Assembly (NCBI GenBank): GCA_030704615.1
Contig: JAKLZA010000360.1
Location: 1 to 64,000 of the forward strand
Direction: 5' to 3'
DNA length: 64,000 nt
Source: Takakia lepidozioides
Taxonomy: Eukaryota > Plantae > Bryophyta
Under the pieces are notes generated by a model. That model ran no database searches. It had not been told where the DNA came from and worked only from the letters and a program-made list of their open reading frames with translations. Shown here piece after piece: positions 36,136 through 49,000 of this stretch; the stretch's first letter is position 1, and each line of letters begins with the position of its first letter. The translations under genes and the position numbers were made by a program.

Positions 36136-36831
36136 ATGATTGATTGTTCTGCGCGGGCTGAGTACTTAGAGATTTCCAACTCTTCAATCTTGGAGTTTCC
36201 GCCTCAAATAGCGAAGGGATGGGTGAGTAAAAGCCGCGCGACATTTGGCGACCATACTGGGGACCTGGGACATGAACAACCAGATGTGACAGGCATCTGG
36301 TGGGATCATGGTGGTTGGACCATCAAAGAATTTGAAGTGAATCAAATTCCCTGTGGAACGAAGGAAGAAAGATTGTCCAAACAATTCTTTCAAAGGTTCT
36401 TGGAATTGCCAGACGGTTGTAAAGAAAATATTCTTAAACGAGTGCATGATGCTGATCCAGAATGGGGTCTGGAGAAAGGAGTGATAAAGATTTATCAGGT
36501 AGCCTGTAGAGGAAGAGCACGTTGGTTACCAACATTGGTTTATGTGATAGCATTGCTATCCATTAAACGAGTAGAGTTTGAAGGCTGGGAAGAAAGAAAG
36601 GTGAATGTTTATACTCATATGCATGAAGAGCTGGTACTGGTAAAGAATTGGATTCCAAAGGATATTTTGTGGATCAAACTCACACCAAGAACAGCTTTTC
36701 AGACTTGTTTGCCATATGGTTATATGGTAACGGAGACTTCAAGTATAGCCAAGGGTGCATTGAAGCTTGAAAGAAACCCAGGCATATACGAGAGATATTA
36801 CAGAAGAGAGTTTTGGTTATTGCCACATTAA
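36136..36831 (+). CDS. ORF0, unit 2
   Basis: 231 aa, 2 substitutions relative to unit 1. Confidence 0.7.
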   Translation: MIDCSARAEYLEISNSSILEFPPQIAKGWVSKSRATFGDHTGDLGHEQPDVTGIWWDHGGWTIKEFEVNQIPCGTKEERLSKQFFQRFLELPDGCKENILKRVHDADPEWGLEKGVIKIYQVACRGRARWLPTLVYVIALLSIKRVEFEGWEERKVNVYTHMHEELVLVKNWIPKDILWIKLTPRTAFQTCLPYGYMVTETSSIAKGALKLERNPGIYERYYRREFWLLPH

Positions 36832-36852
36832 AAGAAATGAAAGACATGGGAC

Positions 36853-38504
36853 ATGAGTGATGAAAGAGAAGCTAGACGACAGAGATATTCAGCAAAAAGA
36901 GAAAGCTATCTGAAAGCTAATTATCCATATCTTTGGGAGAGAGGAATAGACATAGGGGAATCATCTGGACCTCTCACACCATCAAGATCAAAGAGTGCAT
37001 CACCTATACCGGAAGAACTAGAGTTGGATGCCACTCCTTCTGTTTCTTTGCAAGAAAGATTAAGGGAATTGGTACAGGAAGAAGATCAATCACGAGGTGA
37101 AAGATCTGAGGTACATCCTTGGATAAAAGACTTGACAGAAATCTTTGATAAGAGTTGGCATGGAACACCAAAAGCAGGAACTCCAGTTTCTGAAGCAGAA
37201 GGTGAAGAAGGAGAAGAGGATGTGGCAGAGCCAACGGAGAGTTCAGACTCTCCAACACCATTACAGTTGAGTTACATGAGTGAAGAAGAAACCCAAGGGC
37301 AGAACTTGGAGGATGAAAACAGAGAGAAGAAATTAGAAGAGGAAGAATATGAAGAAGTAGACCCAACAGCTGAGGTTGAGACTACAACCAGGACATCCCA
37401 ACCCGTTGGACCTGGATCAAGTGGAGCACTTGGATCACAGGCCAACGAAGGTGTCGGCTCAGGGGGATCAGGCGGGCTGCCTGGATCTGGCTCTGGGGGG
37501 ACAGGGAGTGTGGGAAGTAGTGCAACTGAAGCTGGGAATACTGTGAATATCGTGGGGCCAGAAGCAAGGAGTGCTCAAGGGCCACCACTTGGTGGAAGAT
37601 CCACCACAAAAACAACAGGTCCAGAAGGACCAGCACCAACAAGGGTGCCAGCACCTGTCAGTGGGCAGAAGGTAGGGCCACGGATGGCGTTACAACCAAC
37701 ACGGGCAAAACCACCCTTTCCAATATATTCAGGAAAAGGGGATCCCGATGTACACATTAGCCAATTTGAGCACATGTGTATAGTGAACAATGAGAATGGC
37801 GATGATGCCAAGATGAGACTGTTTCCTTGTTCACTTATCAAGAAAGCAAGTGAATGGTATGCAAGATTCCCTGATAATCATTTCCTAACCTGGAATGGCT
37901 TGAATACAGCATTTCGAAATAGGTTCAGGACAAGTAAAACTGAGGATGAAGTGTATGGAAGTTTACAACAGCTGAAGCAGAAGAAGCATGAAACTGTTGA
38001 AGAGTATATGGAGAAGATGGAATTGATGATGAAAAAGCTGGCTGCAGTACCAGCGCCCGGTTTACAGAAGACTTGGTTTGTGAGTGGACTAAGACCAGAG
38101 TTGCAAAAGAAAGTGGACATGTTACCCCATAATACAGTGGAGGAGGCATATGAAACTGCGAACAGAATTGAGCAATTGGGAATGCTCAGGAGAGAGAAAA
38201 AAGAAGATGAGGACTCTGAGGATGAGTCAGATGAAGAAGAAGAGCAAGAACTAAAAAGAAAGAGTAAGAGAAAGGAGAAGTTGAAGAGGGATAACTATGA
38301 AAAAAAATCGGAAGAAATCTTGAAGAAGTATGCCACAGAGGCTGCAACACATTGGAGGAAGGGTGTATGGTGTGCAAAGTGCCAAAATGAAGGCCATACC
38401 ACCACAGAATGCCACATGAAGGAGAAACACTGTACTATTTGTAAAATGGATAACCATTCTACTGAGAATTGTTACTACAACAGAAGGACAGCTGCAAGAG
38501 AACC
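36853..38504 (+). pseudogene. gag: gag N-terminal part, interrupted by element B
   Basis: Open frame from ATG 36853 up to the TSD; gag domain and CCHC knuckles. Confidence 0.92.
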
Positions 38505-39196
38505 GAGGTTTACTATTTCATGAGCGCATGAGCGCATGAGCCCATGAGCCTATGAGCTCATGAGCGGACATCCGCGGAATTGGAATTTTCCTGCCTTTAT
38601 TGACGGTGTTATGTCCTCTTACCTCGGTAATAGGGTCTGTTTCTCCTGGTCCAGGATGCGGAATGAGGTATTTCGGCGCCATTATTCCCAAGAGCAGTGT
38701 GCTAAAATGGTGTTTTGAAGACATCCACCGGGGTATTTCGGCACCGAAATTACCTCTTAAAATGTGATATAGTGCGGTATTTAATGGCGCAGAACGGGCT
38801 ATTTGGGCGCCGAAATACCCAAGTGGAATGTGCTGAAGTGCCTTGTGCTGAAGGCTTCCATCGCGATATTTTGGTACAGTAATTCATTCGTGGAATTTTT
38901 GAGGCCCATATAACGAAGGCGCGCATTGGGCTATTTCGGCGCCAAATTTCCCAATATGAATGTTAGAAACGGCAGGGTTTTCATGGCTTCAAGTTCTCGG
39001 CTCGATGGTGTGCATAAATTACTTGTAGGGTTCTTCAATGAAGTTTGCGTCTCTTCTGCTTTTATTATACATTTTGGTTGGCGGAAGAAATGTAGGGAAT
39101 CGGACAAGCAGTCTGAACACAATGATTTTTCAAATCGTCAATATTTTCATTAAGTGTTTCAGAACTGTACAACAAAAGGATCCAAATGAGACTTTG

Positions 39197-40837
39197 CTAT
39201 GGTGAGGATCCGCTATCACTGTCCGATGCATCCCCGGCCTCATGCAAGGATGGCTGCCTTCCACCTGCCTCCGAACCTGCACTGCCGCTACCGCTGTTAC
39301 TCTGAGAAGCCCTCCCCTCAAAAATACCATCCTCACCAGCCGGAACTGTCCACCTGGGTGCGGAAGTGTCCTCAACATTCCCCTCGCTCTCGGACGCGGA
39401 TTCTATTACGAACTTCCCTACTCTGCCTTTCACAATTCTATGTTTGGCCTCACGCCTCATTATAATTCTCTGCTCATTCCCGTATGTCAATTGCTCTAAC
39501 CGAGTAGGCCTATCCTCCCTGCTGATGGCTTGTCTGCATAGGCTGGTAGAAAAAAAGGCTTCTGGGGACTCGCGAGAAACGATTTTCTGGCAAAGAATGG
39601 CCGATGCGATTCTGTCTCTTCCTCTGCAACAGGGTCCGATTCGGGCAAGTCTCCCAGCTTCTCCTCGTCGGACGACTCTGCAAGGCTGAGTGTACGCACA
39701 AACGTAGAATGAAGTACATTAGAGAATTCAAACAGGGAATCATCGGCAGGTTGCATGGTCCCTACAACCGAAACCAATACACTTACTATGGTGCAACTCA
39801 CTCGAAGACAGGCATTGGGGGAAGCGGCTTCGGGCGCCCCTGCATCGAACGAATTTCCTGGACTTCCTCCTCTTCATCTTCCTCCTCCCCTTCCACGTCA
39901 TCTTCTGCGTTTTTGGGATCCTCAGTCGGAGGCAAACGCTGAAGGCCCGCCAAATTGTAATCGTACAAGGCCGTATCCCCCTCAAATGAGAACACAAATC
40001 GGTTCGACATCCTTCCCGCCCACATACAGGCACCTGCAAATTCATACGACACAACCACAACCAAACTCAAGAATGAGTCGCTTCCTCGCACAAGCAAACA
40101 TACACAAACGGAAATGGTGTCAATTTTGGTGCCGCATTCAATTAACGTTCTCACCTGTATTTGCAGTGATGTCGAGGACCCTGCCTTCAACATCCGTACA
40201 TGTTTCCATGAGCGTCTGGGATGAATGCAGGACTCCTGGTCCTGCCATACCTCCATGGCTTGCCCGACAAATCACAAAGAATGTCCTTCTCTCCACATGG
40301 TTGAACAGGACGTTATACTCCAGTGGATCAACTATGGAATCAACAAGTCTTCCTGTTTCACGTAATTTGAATTTCTAATGTTTCTTCACGAAGCAAAATG
40401 CCTGAAAGATAAGAGTCTGCAGAGAAGGAAATGTCCTGGAGGTTTTGCTCCTCCGCAAGCTCCAGCAGGTTCTGATCGTCGCCAAGTCGTACCACGTTGT
40501 CGTCCTCTCCTTCTGTCAGCTCAATGGGCCGCCCTTCTGCAGATCCAACTCCCACATCTCCAGCGGCCTCCACCGCATCCGTGTTTTTTGAAATTGACTG
40601 CAAACCCAATATCTCTGCTTCCAGTCTCCCTAGGGGTTTTACTGGCGAAGCCATGGGCTCCTTCTGCTTCCTCGACTTCCGAACTCTAGGTGGGCTTTTC
40701 TGAGGCGATATCTGAGGTGTTGAATGAGGACTCGCCTGCCTCGATGCACTTCCACCTTGCGAGCGCAGCACCCGGGCAGGAGTATCCAAAGTTGACTGTG
40801 TTGCTTCGCCCCCCTGCGATCCCTCCCCAGCTCCCAT
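39197..40837 (-). pseudogene. Deleted ParB-MTase gene remnant, copy 2
   Basis: As in copy 1, plus a 13-bp deletion at ~39531. Confidence 0.8.
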
Positions 40838-41502
40838 GTCAAACAAACAGGAAAACATGAGACACTGCACGCAAAAAAAAAGGTGTAAAAGGAATATTGC
40901 GTATGGAGTGCTTCACATCCGCAAAGCACGAATCTCTCACTGGTGGGCGATCCGAGTCTCCGGATAACGAGGTCTACATTTCATGCATGAGACGGAGCTT
41001 AAGTCGTGTCGTCGGCGGCTTCCCAAAATCCCGCGTCCTCCTTCTCTTTGCCGGAGTCACCTGACCTTCCACAAACTCTATGCTACCACTATGCCGCATA
41101 AGGAGAGGAAACGCAGGAGAATGTCACTGCAGAAGGGCAAGGAGCGAGAGAGCGAAGCGGTGGAACATGCAACCACTCTACACGAGCAGATGTGTAAGCA
41201 GCCACGTCTCCCGAAGCGTTGCCACCGTCCACCACTTTTTGCCGTATGGGTGATGAAGAGATTGTGACCCCTGACACGTTCGCACGGATGAAGTCGACTG
41301 GAACACGACGCGTGCCAGTTCCAGCCACCAGTACAAGATGGTTTATCCGAATTGCGGCACCGAAATACCTTCCGTTCACCGGATGCTGTTCCCGGAGCAG
41401 CCGACATTGAATGAAATATCCGCACATCATGAAACCCAACCGCCATGAAAATCCCCTGCCTATGACATTCAACAGTCAGGTCGGTACGTTTCATCAGCGG
41501 AC

Positions 41503-43222
41503 GGATGAATTTCGGCGCCGAAATTCATCCTATTCAAGTGCTTTCGTACACAAACTTACAAATTTCGGCGCCGCAATTCATCGCTTCCCAAGTCCTCATT
41601 CGTCATGAGCAAACCTGTCAGTGGGATATCGGAGCCGGAATTAATTCCGGAACAGTGGAAACGGCTGCACTTGGGCACATTTCATCCATATTTCGGCGCC
41701 GAAATTCATTACGAATATCTCCGTCCACGCGTAGACGAGGTGAAATCATCCATATTTCGGCGCCGAAATTCATCCAGAGCGAAGACTAAATCGGCACCAT
41801 GCTATGCTTTGCCGCCATCATTGCCCCTGACGGATGCTGTCCATGCCTGTTGGACTTGCCATTTCTGGACATTTAACTATAATTTCGGCGCCGAAATTAT
41901 ACTTTATGTGCGGCAACGTCCCGTGCGAAAAAGACCACTTAATGGATACTGTCGGTTTCAAATGAAAAAAACAGCTAAAATACAATTAATTTTGACAGAA
42001 TGGGTTCAATATGCCGATTTCTCCATTAAATGCAGAATATTCCTGTTATCTTCGTCGGAACGGGGTATTTCCAACGATTTACGAAAAATTATATCATCCA
42101 GAAGCAAATAGTAAGTGTCGGGTTTGGACGAATTTCGGCGCCGAAATTCATCCGTCGCATAGAAAATGTAATATTAGAGTTACTCATTGCGGACAGTAAG
42201 GATGAATTTCGGCACCGAAATTCATCCATTTCAAAGAAAAATAAATATTGGAGGGAGGGCATTGGATGAATTTCGGCGTCGAAATCCGGCGCTCAAACCC
42301 TGAAAAGAATTTGGAGGGATGGAGTCGGTTGAATTTCGGCGCCGAAATTCATTGCTCGCGAAGAAAAAAAATAAAATTCGGGAGGACTTCGGATGAATTT
42401 CGGCGCCGAAATTCATTGCTCGCGAAGAAAAAATAAAATCGGGAGGACTTCGGATGAATTTCGGCGCCGAAATTCATTGCTCGCGAAGAAAAAAAAAAAT
42501 TCGGGAGGACTTCGGATGAATTTCGGCGCCGAAATTCATTGCTCGCGAAGGAAAAAAAAAAAAGTTCGGGAGGACTTCGGATGAATTTCGGCGCCGAAAT
42601 TCATTGCTCGCGGAGAAAAAAATAAATTCGGGAGGACTTCGGATGAATTTCGGCGCCGAAATTCATTGCTCGCGAAGAAAAAGGAAAATTAGAAGGGAGG
42701 ACTTGGATGAGATTCGGCGCCGAAGTTCATCTGTCGCAAAGAAAAAAAAAAAAAAAAAAACTTCAGATGAATTTCGGCACCGAAATCCATCCGCAGGGCA
42801 GCATAATTAGGGTCGGAAAAGGAGATGAAGAATGAATTTCGGCGCCGAAATACATCCATTCTGCCGATTCAGGATTACTGTCATTCGGATGTCGGCACCG
42901 ATATCCGACACGTGGTGAATCACGACTGTAATCAGGAACACATTCATCTGTATTTTGGCATCCAAATTCAACCCTCATGTGCAGAAACAATTTGATGAAG
43001 AAGATGTTCATCCGAATTTCGGCACCGAAATCCATCCGTTGGATGCTTGGTCAGTTTCATGAGGTGAACAAATTACTATTTCTGTCGCCGGAATTCATCC
43101 CCTGGCTTCCAAAGTTGTTACATGACAGAGATGTTCATCCAGATTTCGGTGCCGAAATTCATGGGAAGGCCTGATTTATTGTAGCCCAAGTGGTTGTACA
43201 TTACAATTCAGGCACCAAATAT
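41503..43222. repeat. Element B palindrome field, copy 2 (one fewer 62-bp unit than copy 1)
   Basis: ATGAATTTCGGCGCCGAAATTCAT repeats. Confidence 0.95.
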
Positions 43223-43469
43223 CCGATGTGAACTTGCTGTTGTCGTCCGTTTTTGTAACGTACGTTACATACCTTCATCTTTACGTGCACTGATCACCCA
43301 TCCTGTTGGATACGGAATCCTCCAGAAAATCATTTGTGTTATTAGGTAGGACACACTCTTCTCACTGCAGGACTTCGCTGCGGAGTGTACCGAGAGGTCA
43401 TGTCTTCAACATGGACTCCCGTGTTTGGGTAAACGTGTACTTCCATCCTGATTCTCTGAAAGCTAAAAT

Positions 43470-43957
43470 ACGTTCCACGAAATCCAATTCCCAGTCGTCA
43501 TCCTCCTCCCACGAGAAGCTCTTCGCCCCGCATACCGGTGGGTGACCCCGCAGCTTGGCCCACCCATCGGTGGGGGAAACTGAAAAGACGGCGGCCACCA
43601 ACAAAGGCGAACGACACCAGGATGTCCAACGCTCTTGCAATGCCCTGCATAGTGCAAGGTTGCAGGGATGTTCCTCACCCCGGGATGGGGCGCATATTTC
43701 AGTTGTCAACAGCCGGGTCTGCTGCGCGCAGTGTCGTGTATACAATCACGGTTTCACAGTACCCAGCTTGCAACTGTGAGGACTTCCTTGTTATGGAATT
43801 GAAGAATGCAGCATACGTCCCCTGCAAACACCTTTATTACATTTTTCTGAAGCGCATGAGTTGCATATCCGCAGTGGACGTCTTCATCCATGCTCCAACA
43901 CTGAGTTTCAACGAGCTGCACAAGGCCCTACGGCAGGACACTGGTCGGACTGCTTGA
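43470..43957 (+). pseudogene. SWIM zinc-finger coding remnant
   Basis: VYTITVSQYPACNCEDF...PCKHLYYIF fits the CxC...CxH SWIM signature. No clear start. Deleted in copy 1. Confidence 0.75.
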
Positions 43958-44640
43958 CATTCCACATTCGGGAAGGAGAAAGTGGCAATTATATTACATT
44001 CATCTTCTTGCACCCTATTTTTTTTGGAGGAATTATACACTTGGTGGTGCCGCATCGCCATGGCTACATGTGAATTTTGGTGCCGCAATACATGAGAATG
44101 TGGTTTTTGGCCATGAATGGCATGCGCATGCTTTTTTTATTTTGGTTGTCTACAAATGGATCCGAGTAAAGCATACATTGTGTGGAGATTAACGGGCATT
44201 GAGGCCTATTTCAGCGCCGTTTATGGTCTATGTACTGCATAGTGCTTCCTTGTTACTGCTCTTCATTCAATTTGTAGTGATTTCGCAGCCCATCCTGGCG
44301 TTTTCGTCCACCTCTATGAGAAGACTCCAATTTGCTACAAATACATTGTTACTGTTCTGCAAATGTGATGTCTTTACAAGATTGCTAGTTCTGTGTCCCA
44401 GTGGGAAGGGTCCTACTGCACATTCCAGCATTTGCATACTGCACTTTGTGCAAACAGCAATCCATACGACAAAGGACACGTCCCAGCATACTGGCAGTGA
44501 ATTGCAAAAAACCTTAACAGAAGATTATCCAAGCATGTATATTCCCCATATGGCACAGGGAAGCTGCTTGATTTCTGAATGAAAATGTATGTGCCATGAG
44601 TGTCGGCGAGTCGAAACATGTCTACTCTAGCATGCAAGAC

Positions 44641-45192
44641 CTATGGTCCCCTCGCCCAAGAAGAAGGAACTCTAACTGGCCTCTCAAAGACCTCCTGAGT
44701 GACCGGGTGCCTATATTTGAACAAAATGTCAGTGGTTTCTGTCGCCCAGTTGAAACTAACGAGGATGTCGTGTTTATCGATAGCGCCCCCTTGGTAGAAG
44801 GACATTTTCACAGTGGGCCCTGTGTTCCCCTCCTCCTCATCCTCATAACTGAAGAGAATGTCCCCACTTTCCGAGCCAGTCCGTCCACGCGTAAAGTTTT
44901 CACCTATGCACTCATCATACGTCCACTCGCAACAATTCCAGCGATACAGCAACGCTGTGCGTGATCTGTTCGGCTCCCACTCATGCGGAAAGTCCAGGTC
45001 CATGATGCGTAGGAACCACCTGCTCCCCAGCCGGGGTCCAGGAGAATCGTGCAATCCTGGAAGAAACTCCATTGCTCTCAGCTGGACAAGTCGAGGATCG
45101 TCCCTATAAACATCCAGGAAAACAATGATGTCGTCTGCTTTCGGGAAAATGACTCCCGTCTGGCGTCGATAGATGTGATTCGGGCACGACAT
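44641..45192 (-). CDS. ORF-X of element B (183 aa, unknown function)
   Basis: Intact from ATG 45192; homologous to 8694-9257. Confidence 0.75.
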   Translation of the reverse strand: MSCPNHIYRRQTGVIFPKADDIIVFLDVYRDDPRLVQLRAMEFLPGLHDSPGPRLGSRWFLRIMDLDFPHEWEPNRSRTALLYRWNCCEWTYDECIGENFTRGRTGSESGDILFSYEDEEEGNTGPTVKMSFYQGGAIDKHDILVSFNWATETTDILFKYRHPVTQEVFERPVRVPSSWARGP

Positions 45193-46017
45193 GGCCTCAC
45201 ACATAGCACGAACTCAAAGCAGGGAGGAGATGGGCACAACAGAGAAGAGTGAAGAGCAAAATGAGAGCAAGGCCTCCCTTACCGTAAGGCGGGTATTTGC
45301 TCTCCGGAGCCCAATTTTGGCGCTGTTATTGGATGGAGTGCGGAAGCTTCAGCCGAGAATTTTGTTTCCGCAGGTCAATTTCGGCGCCGTTATTGGTTGC
45401 AATCCCTAGCCTTCAGCCGGGTATTTGGTTTCCGGACCCAATTTCGGCGCCGTTATCGGCTGCACTCCGGTGGCTTCAACCGAGTATTTGATTTTCGGGG
45501 CCCATTTTGGCGCCGTTATCGCCTGCACTCCGGAGGATGCAGCCGGGTATTTGGTTGGCGGAGCCCAATTACTTTCACCGTTGTTGGCTTCACTCCCGAG
45601 CCTTCAGCCGGCTATTTCTTTTCCTGTGCCCAATTACGGCGCCGTTATACCCAACCATCATGCACTTCTGCAACAGTACTATCCACGGTTATAGGTCGCC
45701 ATTGCGTTTTCGGAGTCTGCAAACCCGGATCCTAATTCCGCTTGCGTCTCTGCCTCTGGGATAATTTCGGTGCCGTTATTGCCCAGAATTCAGTTTTTCT
45801 ATGACCTGGCCTAGCGGTCCATGAGCCTGGGCTCCAAGTCATGAGCGTACACTGGTACTCATGAGCGGAGTGCTTCCAGCATGAGCGCGGAAATCTTCGA
45901 TTTTTGATTATTTTATAGTTTTGGGCCCGAAAAAAATCTGCCGAAATTCGAAGTGTGTTACTTTGCGGCTCATGGGTGAGCCATGCCCGCTCATGAGCTC
46001 ATGGAATAGCAACCCCC

Positions 46018-49000
46018 AAGAGAACCTAGGCAAGTAAGGGTGCATCAGGTGCAGCCCCAGCCAAGAAGAAACAATGATCATGACCACTATGGTAGGTCTG
46101 GTGGTTATAACAATGGCATGGAAGGGAGAGGTAATTCAAGAGGGAATTACCAAGGAAATTCCAGAGGCAACTATCAGGGTAATCCAAAGGGGAATTACCA
46201 GCCCGGGAATCAGGATTATAGAAATAATCCAAGAACTGACCAAGGGCGAGGACCCAATGGTGAAGAGCTATGTTACTATTGTAATCAGCCAGGACATCGC
46301 AAGGCAGCCTGTTCATTCTGGATAAGACACCAGAATGAGATGAGAGCTCCTGTGAATGAGGGCCCAGTGGTGGCAGCTCACATGGTTAGGCCATGTGTTG
46401 TACCAGAAGTAAGTACAATGATAGTAACAAGAAGTAAAGCCAAACTAATACCTCCAGTAGAAGAGGAAGAAGATGAGACTGGAAGTGGCAATGATATGCC
46501 TGAAGATGAAGAGACTTGGAAAGATGAGAAGGAACTGCACAAGGAAGTGGCAGATACTATAAGGAAAATGCAAAAGAGTACTGATATTCCTGTGGCAGAT
46601 TCCTCTGATTCGGATGGAGAAAAAGAAGGGAGTGAGGAAGAAAGGAAAAAAGAAGATGCAGACATGCAAAGTAATGAAGAGACTTTGGCTGCAGTAATAT
46701 GTCAGACCAAAGCAGAAATTACCATTGGACAGCTATTAGCTGTGGCACCTTATTGTAGGCACAGGCTGTATCAAGCAATCAATCGAATTGCCCAAGAGAC
46801 AGGAAACACAGACCTGAATAGCAAGGTGACCAGTTATAATGTGAAGCCGGAAGGGCGAGAACCAGTCATGGACTTTGATGATTCTATGTCAGTAATCCAA
46901 TTGAGAATTGGAAGCACAGAACTAACTGATGTACTGATAGATGGTGGTTCTGGAGTAAATATCATGACAGACCAATTAAGGAAGAAGCTTGGTCTAAGTA
47001 ACATGAAACCAGCCCCATTTACAGTAACAATGGCAGATCAAAGAAGTGTACAGCCATTGGGATTAATAAGAGGAGTTAAGATACAGATACAGAAAATGAT
47101 CTTTATGATCACAGTAACTGTATTAAAAATGGATGAAGTCATGGAGGCTTACTCCTTATTATTGGGACGTCCGTGGCTGAAACAGGCCAGGGTATTCCAT
47201 GACTGGAATTCTCAGTTACTAACCGTGCATAATGGGATACACGAGATACAAATTACCACAAAGAAATCTAGTAGATTACCTGCTACAAGAAGACCTCGAG
47301 GAGTCAGAGAGTATGACTGGAGAGGAGGACTGGATGAGGAGCAGGAAGCTACCCTATTTGCTGCACACCCAGAGTGGGAGCAGGTTGCAGAGATGCGGCT
47401 GGAAAGCCTAAGTTGTTTGAGAGGTATCTGCTGTGGTGTAGTGACAGCAACACCAACTGAAGAAGAAACCAGCATTTACCCATCACATTTCTATGAAGAA
47501 AGAGAAGGAGAAATAGAAATCCTAGAAGAACCAGCCACTGTGAGCTTACAGGATGAAGTGGTGACTGGTTGGACAATCACAGCTGATGAGCAGGTGAGAG
47601 AAGTAAATGTGGGAACTAAAGAGGAACCGAGGATGGTGAAAGTAGGAGCTGATTTGGAGCCGGAATTCTTCGAAGAAGCTAAAAGCTTGTTCATCAAATA
47701 CAGAGATGTATTTGCTTGGAGCTATGAGGATCTAAAAGGGATACCACCTGAAGTCTGTCAGCATAAGATTGAACTGGAACCAGGGTCAGTACCAATCAAG
47801 CAGGCGAGGTATAGAATGAATCCCAACTACGCACAGAAGGTTGGAGAAGAGATAAAGAAGTTGGCTGAGGCTAAGTTTATATACCCAATAGAGTATACAA
47901 CTTGGTTGTCACCCATTGTAATAGTTCCCAAGAAGAATGGCAAACTAAGAGTATGTGTGAACTATAAGAAGCTGAATGCTTGTACGAAGAAAGATCCTTT
48001 CCCTTTGCCATTCACAGAAGCAGTATTAGACACTGTGGCAGGCCATGAGATGTACTCATTCATGGATGGCTTCAGTGGTTATAATCAAGTGCAAGTGGCA
48101 GAAGAAGACCAAGGGAAAACAGCTTTCATCACAGACTGGGGGGCTTATGCATACAAAGTCATGCCCTTTGGACTTTGTAATGCACCAGCGACCTTTCAGA
48201 GAGTGATAAGTGAATCTTTTCATGAGTATCTGGATGATTTCATGCAGGTGTTCTTGGATGATTTCAGTGTGTACAGCTCTAAGAATGAGCACTTGCATAA
48301 ATTGGAGTTATGCTTGGCCAGATGCAGGATGAGAGGTCTGGGCCTGAATCCAGAGAAGTGTACTTTCTGTGTGAACTCAGGGGTGCTTCTGGGACACATT
48401 GTGTGTAAGAAGGGACTCCTTGTGGATCCCAGAAAGACAGAGTCCATTAAAGCCTCTCCACCACCAGTGAATGTTAAAAGTCTACGAAGATTCCTTGGGC
48501 AAACCAGTTATTACAGGAGATTTGTCAAAAGGTATGCACAAATAGCAGCACCATTGAGCAAACTACTGAAGAAAGATGCAGTGTTTGCCTGGACAGCGGA
48601 ATGTCAACAGGCATTTGAGGAACTTACACTGTCAGTAACAACTACACCTGTACTGATTAACCCTCACTGGCATGTAGTATTCCATGTTCATTGCGATGCA
48701 TCAGGAGAAGCGTTGGGAGCGGTGTTAGCCCAGAATGTTACAGGGAATATAGATTCACCTGTGTACTATGCTAGCCGGTTGATGAACAGTGCTGAGAGGA
48801 ACTATAGTACAACGGAAAGAGAAGCATTGGCAATGATCTATGCAGTGAAGAAATTCAGGCATTACCTGTTGGGCAAGAAGTTTATGTTCTATGTGGATCA
48901 CCAGGCTCTGATATACCTGGTAAACAAACCTCTGATAAGCGGAAGAATAGCAAGATGGTTAATAATCTTGCATGAGTTTGAGTTCGAGGTTATTTACAAG

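Larger units (their letters stand above)
38505..46017. mobile_element. Element B copy 2, 7513 bp
   Basis: TSD AAGAGAACC at 38496-38504 and 46018-46026; same TIRs as copy 1. Confidence 0.92.
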
